The notes below the pieces were generated by a model. The model had not been told where the DNA came from and made no database searches. It saw only the letters and a program-made list of their open reading frames with translations. From a virus: a stretch of DNA of 64,000 nucleotides. Each line of letters starts with the position of its first letter. The first letter of the stretch is position 1. The stretch lies in the IMG/VR virus record IMGVR_UViG_3300045988_141012. One strand, 5' to 3'. Position numbers and translations under genes: made by a program. Shown here one piece after another: positions 54,280-62,507 of the stretch.

Positions 54280-54487
54280 TGCTCTGTTCCTCGCTGTCTT
54301 TTTTATAACCGAGCATAAATGACATCATCAATGCCCCAAATTCAAAACTTGCCTCTTTATCATCGAAATTCGCCAAATATTCTTTGATGATTTCAACAAT
54401 CAATGCGCGTATATGTTCTGCTTGACCGTTAAGATAAACATTTGACGTAGCTTTTTTATTAGCTCGATCACTAATCCTCGTTGCCAT
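54251..54487 (-). CDS. hypothetical protein
   Basis: Track ORF of 78 aa. May be the 3' part of a longer gene (see the C6 tract finding). Confidence 0.45.
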   Translation of the reverse strand: MATRISDRANKKATSNVYLNGQAEHIRALIVEIIKEYLANFDDKEASFEFGALMMSFMLGYKKDSEEQSNERMESQKE

Positions 54488-54582
54488 TATAACGGCATTT
54501 TCGGGGGGAATTCATACCCATCGCCAGTTTTCCTGCAAGTCTTTTATAATCGTTTGTCATTTTTTATTCCTCACTTTCTTTA

Positions 54583-54729
54583 TCACAAAATCACTTCTTT
54601 GCTATCTTCGTATATCTCTGCCTTTTCAGCTACTAACGGAGCAAGTCCTGCGTCAGTTGACACCGTATATTCGCCATATCCTTGTTCCATTAATTCTTTG
54701 AATTTTTTATAAAAATCTGCGACTGTCAT
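54583..54729 (-). CDS. hypothetical small protein
   Basis: 48-aa ORF (MTVADFYKKFKELMEQGYGEYTVSTDAGLAPLVAEKAEIYEDSKEVIL). Below the track cutoff. Confidence 0.35.
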   Translation of the reverse strand: MTVADFYKKFKELMEQGYGEYTVSTDAGLAPLVAEKAEIYEDSKEVIL

Positions 54730-54733
54730 TTTT

Positions 54734-55372
54734 TTATTCCTCAAACAATTCGGGATTATCATTCATATCGTGTATATTGCCTATAACACTGGCTGATTTC
54801 CCGTCACCGCACCAGTATAATAAATCTTCTCGTAGCGTCATTAACGGCTCATGTTGCCACTCTATGACAAAACCACAGTCATTACACGCACGTTGTCTGT
54901 CGTATGTATTTCTGTATTTAACTATTCCTAAACACGCTTTCTCCGTTGTGAAATGCGGTTCATATCGGAATATACTTCCCTCAAAAACTCGGTTTCCTTT
55001 TTTGTCGGTAACTCCTGTAAATTGTCCTACTGTTTCAGGTATAACCCTATGTGCCCAGTCAACATCATTTGATGAATTATCAATTATATACACTACTTCA
55101 TCTTTTACATCATCAGCTTTTTGCTGAAATATACCGCCTGTTATCCATTCTCCGTTATCTATTCTTTTACCTCTGAATAATATCTCACGCATTTCGATTT
55201 CCTCCATTATTTCATCTACACATTTTGCACAATAACAGCCTTCAAGACCTTCTATTTTGTATAGAAAACTCATCCACATTCGATTCCATATGCCTTTATC
55301 AACACATCTTTTGCAAGAACCTTGACCTTCGCCCTCGCAACATGTAACTTTTACTTTTTTTAAATCATTCAT
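54734..55372 (-). CDS. YopX-family protein with N-terminal Cys-rich extension
   Basis: MREILFRGKRIDNGEWITG...IPETVGQFTGVTDKKGNRVFEGSIF is the YopX signature. The first ~60 aa carry CCEG..C.RC...C..C. Confidence 0.7.
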   Translation of the reverse strand: MNDLKKVKVTCCEGEGQGSCKRCVDKGIWNRMWMSFLYKIEGLEGCYCAKCVDEIMEEIEMREILFRGKRIDNGEWITGGIFQQKADDVKDEVVYIIDNSSNDVDWAHRVIPETVGQFTGVTDKKGNRVFEGSIFRYEPHFTTEKACLGIVKYRNTYDRQRACNDCGFVIEWQHEPLMTLREDLLYWCGDGKSASVIGNIHDMNDNPELFEE

Positions 55373-55514
55373 TTATTTTTCCTTTCAATCTTTTTACAAT
55401 CTCTGAACACTTGTTAATATAAGATCTTGTTACTCGACCACCGTTTATTTTCTTTTTATCTTTTTCGTTAATAAATACTTCAAAAACATTAGATTTGCTT
55501 ATTTCTTTCATCAT
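55365..55514 (-). CDS. hypothetical small basic protein
   Basis: 49-aa ORF whose ATG overlaps the upstream stop (TAATG) and whose stop overlaps the yopX-like start. Confidence 0.35.
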   Translation of the reverse strand: MMKEISKSNVFEVFINEKDKKKINGGRVTRSYINKCSEIVKRLKGKINE

Positions 55515-55813
55515 TAATATTCTCCTTTTTTTATTTTCATTTTTAACGCTTCTTTAAATTCTTGTTCGGTCATCTTATCGCTGTTTCCGATGTACCTTGT
55601 ATATCCCTTATTTATATTCTCTCCCATTGTTTGAAAAGCCATTGCCATGCCCTCAAAACTCTTAGCACATACTTCTGTCGGTACATTATTCTCTTTCTTT
55701 GAAACAGATTTTTCATCGTTGTCATTACAACAATTAAGAATCAAAGCAAACACACCTACACCGCCGGCAAATCCAACAATCATTGCAACCAATAGCATCA
55801 ATACTTCACCCAT
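55514..55813 (-). CDS. hypothetical membrane protein
   Basis: 99 aa with an N-terminal TM helix (LMLLVAMIVGFAGGVGVFALIL). Confidence 0.5.
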   Translation of the reverse strand: MGEVLMLLVAMIVGFAGGVGVFALILNCCNDNDEKSVSKKENNVPTEVCAKSFEGMAMAFQTMGENINKGYTRYIGNSDKMTEQEFKEALKMKIKKGEY

Positions 55814-55814
55814 A

Positions 55815-56327
55815 TTATTTATCCTCCAATTCGAAGTGGATTTTTACCAAATCAATTAACGCAAGATATTCTTTGGCAAACTTACTATTACCGTGTGTTT
55901 CTTTTACCTTGTCAACAAATTCGGCTAATGTTCCGTAAAAGCAACCGCATTTAACAGCTATATTTTCCTTTGTTTTGAAAATGGTTGTATTTCTATATTT
56001 TGAACCTAATCCTTTTATTGTTATATAGTCAGCCTTGCCAAACACCTCTGCCTTGCCAAACACCTCTGCATTACCGCACACCTTTGCATTGCCGTACACC
56101 TCTGCATTATCATACACCTCTGCATTATCATACACCTCTGCATTATCATACACCTCTGCATTACCGCACACCCAACAGTTACCTTCTTGAGATAAATTGT
56201 GTTCGCTTTCAACATAACCTCCAAGCTCTCCTTTTTTTACATTACCAAAATCTTTTAGAGCTTTAATTCTGTGTAATGCTGTTCCATACACCTCTATTGT
56301 TTCATCAGTCAATTCATATTTTTTCAT
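55815..56327 (-). CDS. hexapeptide-period repeat protein (beta-helix-like)
   Basis: GNAEVYDNAEVYDNAEVYDNAEVYGNAKVCGNAEVFGKAEVFGKA: eight 6-residue units flanked by globular N- and C-terminal parts. Confidence 0.65.
   Translation of the reverse strand: MKKYELTDETIEVYGTALHRIKALKDFGNVKKGELGGYVESEHNLSQEGNCWVCGNAEVYDNAEVYDNAEVYDNAEVYGNAKVCGNAEVFGKAEVFGKADYITIKGLGSKYRNTTIFKTKENIAVKCGCFYGTLAEFVDKVKETHGNSKFAKEYLALIDLVKIHFELEDK
56032..56175. repeat. in-frame 18-nt tandem repeat (8 units, 3 identical)
   Basis: gcattatcatacacctct occurs three times in perfect tandem (56104-56157), flanked by diverged units. Confidence 0.9.
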
Positions 56328-56447
56328 ACTGTTTTACCTCCAATTTACTTAGTTTTCTTTACTTTTTTCTTTAATTTGACTTTTAATCGTTCCATTTGCT
56401 TATATTCTTCACTATCCCACAATCCATGTGCCAATAAGCTGTCTTGT

Positions 56448-57233
56448 TTATTGCACACCAGTTCTAATAGTTTTTGATACTCTTTTTGTTTCATGTTTTT
56501 TCTCCTTTCTGTACTTTCCATTACAATAATCTATAAATAAACTCTTAGATATTCTTCTTGGTTTATGTGGTGTAGTCATAATCTTATGTATTTCGTTTGA
56601 TAAGTTTTTATCTTTAATTTTATTTATATCATCTTTAATTAACTCAAGAATAAGTCTATTTCGTTTAATCTTTTTTCTATATTGATCTACTTGTTGTCCA
56701 TAATATCCTCCACGTTGCATTGCAACACCACTCAATTTTGTTTCATCCTCTACAAGAGTATGTCTGATATCAAAAATTCTTAAATCCATTTCTCTTTCAA
56801 GATATTTTATACTTTCATAATATCTGTCCAAATTTGAAAGTATTTTGTTCGCTGATTGCAATACATTTGCTATATTCTCCAAATCCAATTCAGCATCTCC
56901 ATAGTAAGTATATGGATTATATTCATCTGGTAAATGAGGTGTCTTTAACAATCTGTCTATGTCCATTGATTTAATATCATCAACATCATTTAAATTTTCT
57001 TCGCAACAATTCTCTGGTTTTTCAACGGGCATATAACCATCTGTCAATTCGATAACACAACTTCTTCTTGAATTCCCTTTCAAGAAATTTTGTACTCTTT
57101 TGGTCTTTAAGAAACCCAATGCAGCTGGGAAGGTCTCAAACGAGTTGGCTAAAGTCGGATTACCCGACCATGCCAATCGTCCATTTGGATTGGTTCTAAT
57201 GTATTGTTCTCCATTCGTGATTACATATATCAT
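56448..57233 (-). CDS. hypothetical protein
   Basis: Track ORF of 261 aa. 4-nt overlap with the upstream phosphoesterase gene. Confidence 0.55.
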   Translation of the reverse strand: MIYVITNGEQYIRTNPNGRLAWSGNPTLANSFETFPAALGFLKTKRVQNFLKGNSRRSCVIELTDGYMPVEKPENCCEENLNDVDDIKSMDIDRLLKTPHLPDEYNPYTYYGDAELDLENIANVLQSANKILSNLDRYYESIKYLEREMDLRIFDIRHTLVEDETKLSGVAMQRGGYYGQQVDQYRKKIKRNRLILELIKDDINKIKDKNLSNEIHKIMTTPHKPRRISKSLFIDYCNGKYRKEKKHETKRVSKTIRTGVQ

Positions 57234-58003
57234 TGAGCATCGCCACCAATCTCTATAATGTTATGATACAAAACAGTTATATTATCTTTGTAACGATTAT
57301 TCTCGTGCATATGTCCACAATACCAACTACTATATTGGACATCTTGTTGAATTTCTTGAAGATAATTTGTTAATCTATCTGGTTTCAATTTATTAAAGAA
57401 ACCTCTACTCATATTCATTACATCTAAAGTCTTTGTTGGTGGGCAATGTGTTATAATATAATCCACCTTATTACCGTATTTAACTAAATTTTCAATACCT
57501 TCGTCCATTTCCTTTTGGGAAGGCAATTCTTCCTGCCACCATGATATATGATTTATACGAAACATCTTGCAATAATCATATTGCCATTCCGCAATTCTTG
57601 GGTCATCAGTTTCCAATATACCATCTCGAATATCATGAGATTGTGCTCCACCGAAAGTAAAAAATTTCTTACCATCAATAGTAAACACTTGTCCTCTCAT
57701 CAAGTGAATTATATGTGGACGGATTTTATGTACTTTTCCTCCGTTCCATTCTTCAACCGGCAATTTCTTTAGTCGGTCAAAGTTACTATGGTTCCCGTCT
57801 ACAAATAATGTAGTCCATGGTTGATTTTCAAGCCAATCAAGGTTATTCCTTTCAATATCAGTGTCGTGCCAATAACCAAAGTCACCACACACAATGACAT
57901 AATCACTTCGATTTAAACTTTGTCCTATCGGAAAACATTCAGGTTTAAACCGATTTTTCCAATCTCCATGCGTGTCTCCTGTTATAAATATCATTTGTAT
58001 CAC
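57230..58003 (-). CDS. metallophosphoesterase (Ser/Thr phosphatase-like)
   Basis: Motifs ITGDTHGD, VCGDFGYW, DGNHSN and CGHMH. Confidence 0.75.
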   Translation of the reverse strand: MIQMIFITGDTHGDWKNRFKPECFPIGQSLNRSDYVIVCGDFGYWHDTDIERNNLDWLENQPWTTLFVDGNHSNFDRLKKLPVEEWNGGKVHKIRPHIIHLMRGQVFTIDGKKFFTFGGAQSHDIRDGILETDDPRIAEWQYDYCKMFRINHISWWQEELPSQKEMDEGIENLVKYGNKVDYIITHCPPTKTLDVMNMSRGFFNKLKPDRLTNYLQEIQQDVQYSSWYCGHMHENNRYKDNITVLYHNIIEIGGDAQ

Positions 58004-58009
58004 TCTCCT

Positions 58010-59461
58010 TTACGCCACATTCTTTTCTTGATTAAGCATATACTCAATGAAAAGTTTCTTCATATTATTATAGTTCTCTGTTTTATTGTTCGAAATTAAT
58101 ACACTTTCGTCTATCGTTTTTAACCATTTTTCTAACGCCATATCATAATCTTTTTCACAAGAATAATCTATCAGCTTAACTAATTCGTCGTGTGCTTTTT
58201 GTGCCAGTTCGGAATTACTTGGCAACACGTCTTCAATCATTGTTTCGTAAAATTCTATATCTTCTTGCTCAATTCCTTCTAATATATTATTCTCTATTTC
58301 CTGTACACTGTTTTGAGTATTGTCGCAAACATCATTTTCAACATTTTCTTCATTTGACAATGCATCATTATCTTCAATACCCAAAAATTCTTTCATTAAA
58401 TATAGAATATGGTCTACTTTGTTTTTAACAACCTTCTTATCTTTAGTGCTTTTGTTTTCATCGAGTTCTTCCCAAGTAATGCCATTCACTTCTTTGTTTC
58501 TCATGCTCTCAAAAGCATTTAAAAATTCTCCAAAATTCTTATCATCTAAGCCAAGCTTATCAAATTTATCAAATGCCATTATCCATACCACTGTATCTTT
58601 TAATGTGAATAAATCTGCTACTTTTCTATTTTCAAGTTTATCTGAATATGGAGCAATCCTGTTAAAATACTGTTCAATTTGTTGATATTCTTCCATTGTA
58701 GAATTGAAGTTCAAATAATCACATATTTTCTTAGGAGCTTTTTTCCAATTATCAAAATGATACACGCCCATAACACACTCTGAAATAACTCTTTCCCATA
58801 TTCCGTCATTCTTTTGTTTTTCTGTTAAAATTGTACCGTCTTTCAAAAATTCATTGGTATTTTTTATTTTTCTTATTTCTTTTGCAAAATTTCCTACATA
58901 CGTAAGGGCTTTCTGTGAAGCATTCATTGCAATGTGATTATTATAAATGTTAACAAGTGTGGGTAAATCTCCTTGTTCACAATTTTGATAAATTGTTACC
59001 GCTAACTGACCTTTGTTCAACTGTCGTTTTAATTCCGTTGGAAGGTCTTCATATGTTTTACCTCTCAAATCATATTCGACTGTTTCCCATATAATATCAC
59101 CATATTGATTTTTTACCACTTTACCTTCTTCATTGAGTTTCTTCCTATTATATCTGACTATAGGCTCACGAATTTCATTAGTAACTTTATATTCACCATA
59201 TCTAAATCTTCTCAAGGCTTCTGTTCTGTGACCACCATCTACAATATATGTAGACTTTATACCGGATTCAGACTTTGTTTCAGCAAGAATTAAATTTGGA
59301 ATAAAAACTATCCCACTGACAGCTGACCATATTAGTCCGTTTAAAGCCTCTTTTGTCCAAGACCAACCACGTTGTACTGTTGGTTCAGGCTGTATTATTT
59401 GTGTATGTACATCGTCCATATATTGTTCTACCGACCATCTTTCAATTCTATATCCATCCAT
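58010..59461 (-). CDS. ParB/DUF262-like N-terminal domain protein
   Basis: PTVQRGWSWTKEALNGLIWS...YIVDGGHRTEAL resembles the DUF262/ParB-N pattern (..QR.y.W....LI.S...iDG.qR). Long helical acidic C-terminal region. Confidence 0.5.
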   Translation of the reverse strand: MDGYRIERWSVEQYMDDVHTQIIQPEPTVQRGWSWTKEALNGLIWSAVSGIVFIPNLILAETKSESGIKSTYIVDGGHRTEALRRFRYGEYKVTNEIREPIVRYNRKKLNEEGKVVKNQYGDIIWETVEYDLRGKTYEDLPTELKRQLNKGQLAVTIYQNCEQGDLPTLVNIYNNHIAMNASQKALTYVGNFAKEIRKIKNTNEFLKDGTILTEKQKNDGIWERVISECVMGVYHFDNWKKAPKKICDYLNFNSTMEEYQQIEQYFNRIAPYSDKLENRKVADLFTLKDTVVWIMAFDKFDKLGLDDKNFGEFLNAFESMRNKEVNGITWEELDENKSTKDKKVVKNKVDHILYLMKEFLGIEDNDALSNEENVENDVCDNTQNSVQEIENNILEGIEQEDIEFYETMIEDVLPSNSELAQKAHDELVKLIDYSCEKDYDMALEKWLKTIDESVLISNNKTENYNNMKKLFIEYMLNQEKNVA

Positions 59462-59467
59462 GTTATT

Positions 59468-60088
59468 TTACCTCCTAATAAGCATTCGTATTTTTCTTTT
59501 ATTTTTTTCATCTTTAATAGCCATAATGCTATCTTTGTATAAAAAATCATCAATATTTAACATATCAATAATTTCTTCTTTTTTATATCCATCTGCTAAA
59601 TGGATAAGAATTTTTCTTTGAACTTTTGATAGCCCATTTAGATATTCCTCCATTTGCGGAGATAATTCTTCCTCATCAGTATTATTCTCCACACATGCTA
59701 TCTTTTCTGCTAAGTCAATTCCGTCTTCCGTTTTCACATCTAATGATACATTGGGAATTGAAATAGTTTGTCCTCGTTCATTCTTCTTTAAATTACCACG
59801 TTCATCAGTTTCAAGATTACACCTTTTCCAACGATGCCTATCTCGCAACCAATCTTGAAACGAACGTTTAATATTGCCAATAAGAAATGTCTTGAATGAA
59901 CAATTGCGTTCTTGATTAAAATTTTCGACACTTTCCAATACAACATTCATCGCATCGGAATATAAATCATCATATTCTGACAACGGAACATTCATTAATC
60001 GAATAATCGGATCGCAAATTTCTCTCAATTGTTTCATTTTATTACCACAATATTGACTTATTAAACCTTCTTTTTCTTTATCGTTCAC
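59468..60088 (-). CDS. sigma-70 family (ECF-like) sigma factor
   Basis: Region 2-like FKTFLIGNIKRSFQDWLRDRHRWKR and region 4 HTH LSKVQRKILIHLADGYKKEEIIDMLNI. Start placed at GTG 60088 (AAGGAGT 8 nt upstream). Confidence 0.6.
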   Translation of the reverse strand: MNDKEKEGLISQYCGNKMKQLREICDPIIRLMNVPLSEYDDLYSDAMNVVLESVENFNQERNCSFKTFLIGNIKRSFQDWLRDRHRWKRCNLETDERGNLKKNERGQTISIPNVSLDVKTEDGIDLAEKIACVENNTDEEELSPQMEEYLNGLSKVQRKILIHLADGYKKEEIIDMLNIDDFLYKDSIMAIKDEKNKRKIRMLIRR

Positions 60089-60323
60089 TCTATACACTCC
60101 TTGTCTCAAATTCTATGATTATTCTCCACTAATAATCTTGCAGTTTACATGTCAACACTATACCAATGCCGACACCTGTTATAGCCAAGCCAATTAAATA
60201 CATACATTTCACATCCTTTCCCTTTTATCATATACATAGCAAAACTACTTTTTTGTCTTTCCGCTCGGAAAAGTATAACCCGTATAGGTGAGTGTTTCAT
60301 TTCAACGCTCAATATAATATTCT

Positions 60324-60596
60324 CTACGAAAAATATTTTTTATTAATATATTTTCGCAATTTCCAAACCCATTCATCCACATCAATCTGAATTTCGGGAT
60401 TAAAAATATTGAATAAATCACCTTGTTTAATAGTTCCTGTTATATTATTCTCCGTTTTCTCTAACATGAAGATATAATTCGGATTGATTTTAATTATGTA
60501 CTTTGAACCATTACACAAACAAACATTTTTGAATGTGTTAATATCTGACTTACGTCGTATTTTAAAACTGACTGGTTTTTGAATTATTGAAATCAT
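60324..60596 (-). CDS. hypothetical protein (first gene of the leftward block)
   Basis: Track ORF of 90 aa with SD GAAAGGAAG upstream. Confidence 0.5.
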   Translation of the reverse strand: MISIIQKPVSFKIRRKSDINTFKNVCLCNGSKYIIKINPNYIFMLEKTENNITGTIKQGDLFNIFNPEIQIDVDEWVWKLRKYINKKYFS

Positions 60597-60637
60597 AGTT
60601 TCATCGCTTCCTTTCTTGTTACAATTTCTTTTCTTTT

Positions 60638-60667
60638 ATTACATTTTCTTTACAAAATTTACGTCAA
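60638..60667 (-). promoter_or_regulatory. candidate leftward early promoter (TTGACG-18-TGTAAT)
   Basis: On the minus strand, TTGACG is at 60667-60662 and TGTAAT at 60643-60638. Lies back-to-back with the rightward promoter. Confidence 0.4.
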
Positions 60668-60672
60668 TATGA

Positions 60673-60701
60673 TTGACATTTCCCTTATAATGTGCTATAA
60701 T
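60673..60701 (+). promoter_or_regulatory. consensus sigma-A promoter (TTGACA-17-TGcTATAAT)
   Basis: TTGACA at 60673-60678, a 17-nt spacer and TATAAT at 60696-60701 with an extended -10 TG. About 215 nt upstream of the CI-like gene. Confidence 0.6.
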
Positions 60702-60922
60702 AAACACATAAAAAGCAAGGATATTTCTTTTATCCATTATGAAATAAACGTGTTGGGGAACACATTTATTCAAGGATTTCAATATGGGGATATTGAAGTG
60801 AGAAATATTTAGTTTTTAAAACCAACATAATCATATTATCACATCGCGGAGGGATAGTCAATATAAAAATCAATCTGCGATGGGATTTTGTGATTTTTAA
60901 ACAACTTTTAGGAGGGATTTTT

Positions 60923-61531
60923 ATGCACAATTCACAAACTATTATAGATAATATAAAAAGAATTGCGAACGAGCAAAACATCTCTTTAAGTAAACTTGCT
61001 GTTATCAGCGGTCTTGGAAAGAACACAATCACAAGTATGACAGCTAAAACAAACATCAAAATTGAAACTTTAACGGCTATTGCTAAAAGTCTTAATGTTT
61101 CAATCCATGACTTAACAGGCGAAGCCCCAACTGAAGAAATGGTTGAACTTCCTATACTGGGTGAAGTTTCTGCTGGTTTTGGTGTCTATGCAGACAATGA
61201 TGTTATAGGTACAAGATTTGTCCCTCAAAAATGGATAAGCGGTGATGAACCTCATGTTCTTCTTAAAGTTAAAGGCGATAGTATGATTCCAAAATTTGAA
61301 GAAGGTGATATTGTACTTGTCCGCTGCCAAACTTCTGTTGACAATGGTAGTTATGCCGTTGTTATGATAGATGGCGAAAACGGAGTTATAAAAAGAGTTA
61401 TATACGATCCAAACAGTATTGAACTCCAATCACTTAATCCGATGTATGCACCAAGACGATTTGAAGGTGAAGATGTTACTCGTCTTCGTATATTTGGTTT
61501 GGTGCGTAAAATCGCCGAGAGAGATGTTTAA
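60923..61531 (+). CDS. CI/LexA-like repressor (XRE HTH + S24 autopeptidase)
   Basis: Start at ATG 60923 (AGGAGGGATTTTT-ATG). HTH ISLSKLAVISGLGKNTITSM. Ala-Gly site (VSAGFG). Catalytic Ser in KGDSMIP and Lys in VIKRV. Confidence 0.85.
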   Translation: MHNSQTIIDNIKRIANEQNISLSKLAVISGLGKNTITSMTAKTNIKIETLTAIAKSLNVSIHDLTGEAPTEEMVELPILGEVSAGFGVYADNDVIGTRFVPQKWISGDEPHVLLKVKGDSMIPKFEEGDIVLVRCQTSVDNGSYAVVMIDGENGVIKRVIYDPNSIELQSLNPMYAPRRFEGEDVTRLRIFGLVRKIAERDV

Positions 61532-61545
61532 ATACCACGCGCTCA

Positions 61546-61591
61546 TTTCCTTAAAGACACAAATTTAACGTTTTGTTTCTTTAAGGACACA
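61546..61591. promoter_or_regulatory. two 16-nt direct repeats (candidate operator pair)
   Basis: TTTCCTTAAAGACACA (61546-61561) and TTTCTTTAAGGACACA (61576-61591). 14/16 identical with 30-bp spacing, just upstream of a promoter-like TTGTCA-18-TAATAT. Confidence 0.35.
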
Positions 61592-61616
61592 TATATATTA
61601 ACACCATGAGTTTTCA

Positions 61617-61646
61617 TTGTCAACAATGATTTCTCTTTTGTAATAT
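61617..61646 (+). promoter_or_regulatory. candidate promoter (TTGTCA-18-TAATAT)
   Basis: Positions 61617-61622 and 61641-61646, about 25 nt upstream of the XRE gene start. Confidence 0.35.
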
Positions 61647-61671
61647 CATTGTAATATAAGGAGTTGTCATT

Positions 61672-62013
61672 ATGTCATCTATCGGAAATATCATCAAAGA
61701 TAAAAGACAAGAAAGAAATATGTCTTTAGATGAACTCAGCAAGTTAATAAACGTTGGCAAAAGCACCATTAGTAAATGGGAAACTGGTGTTATAACGGAC
61801 TTAAAAATGTCTAGCATAATCTCTTTATGTAAAGTTTTCAATATGACACCTAATGAAATTTTTAAATTAAATCCCAATAAAAATTATTTGTCTTATGGTG
61901 GGGAAAAAATCAATGCCAAAAAAGAAAGCCTATTGAAAGAAATTGCTGAAACAAATATTCCTGATTCAACAATAGATTTAATTAAAAACGTTATTGAACA
62001 ATACAAAAAATAA
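61672..62013 (+). CDS. XRE-family helix-turn-helix regulator
   Basis: RBS AAGGAG. MSLDELSKLINVGKSTISKWETG is an HTH_3. Confidence 0.8.
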   Translation: MSSIGNIIKDKRQERNMSLDELSKLINVGKSTISKWETGVITDLKMSSIISLCKVFNMTPNEIFKLNPNKNYLSYGGEKINAKKESLLKEIAETNIPDSTIDLIKNVIEQYKK

Positions 62014-62041
62014 GTATCTGATATAGGTGCTTATTTTTTTT
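62009..62041 (+). terminator. rho-independent terminator
   Basis: AATAAGTA-N11-TGCTTATT stem followed by TTTTTT. Confidence 0.5.
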
Positions 62042-62147
62042 GTATTTCTAATTTACTACCAAACTCAACACTATTATTGCCATAGAATACATCTACGTTT
62101 TTTGGGCACAATAAGATATAATCTTATTAGTAAAGGAATAGATTTCT

Positions 62148-62507
62148 ATGGATGAATTTATAGTCAACCAGCACATTGTGGAGATTTGTAAGCAACGAAA
62201 TCTGTCTATATATAAACTTGCAAAAATGTCTGATATGCCTTATTCGTCACTCAATAATATGATTAAACATAGACACGTCCCGACGATATATAATTTAATG
62301 AAAATCTGTAATGGTCTAAATATTTCCCTTTCTCAATTCTTTGCAGGAATTGAAAATAATGCGGATAATAATGTCTTGTTTTCTGAACAACAAGACGTTC
62401 TGTCATTGTGGAATCTCTTAGACTCAAAATCAAAACAATTTGCATTAATCTATATGAAAGGGTTGGCTCACTTGCCAATAATAGGTGTCGAAGATGAGAA
62501 GTTTTAA
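62148..62507 (+). CDS. XRE-family helix-turn-helix regulator (ImmR-like position)
   Basis: LSIYKLAKMSDMPYSSLNNMIKH is an HTH. Overlaps the downstream ImmA-like gene. Confidence 0.7.
   Translation: MDEFIVNQHIVEICKQRNLSIYKLAKMSDMPYSSLNNMIKHRHVPTIYNLMKICNGLNISLSQFFAGIENNADNNVLFSEQQDVLSLWNLLDSKSKQFALIYMKGLAHLPIIGVEDEKF

Noticed and set aside
60766-61059. 97-aa minus-strand track ORF spanning the switch region and the start of the CI-like gene.
   Set aside because: It overlaps the strongly supported CI-like gene and its RBS on the opposite strand. Its translation is hydrophobic and low-complexity, and it has no RBS.
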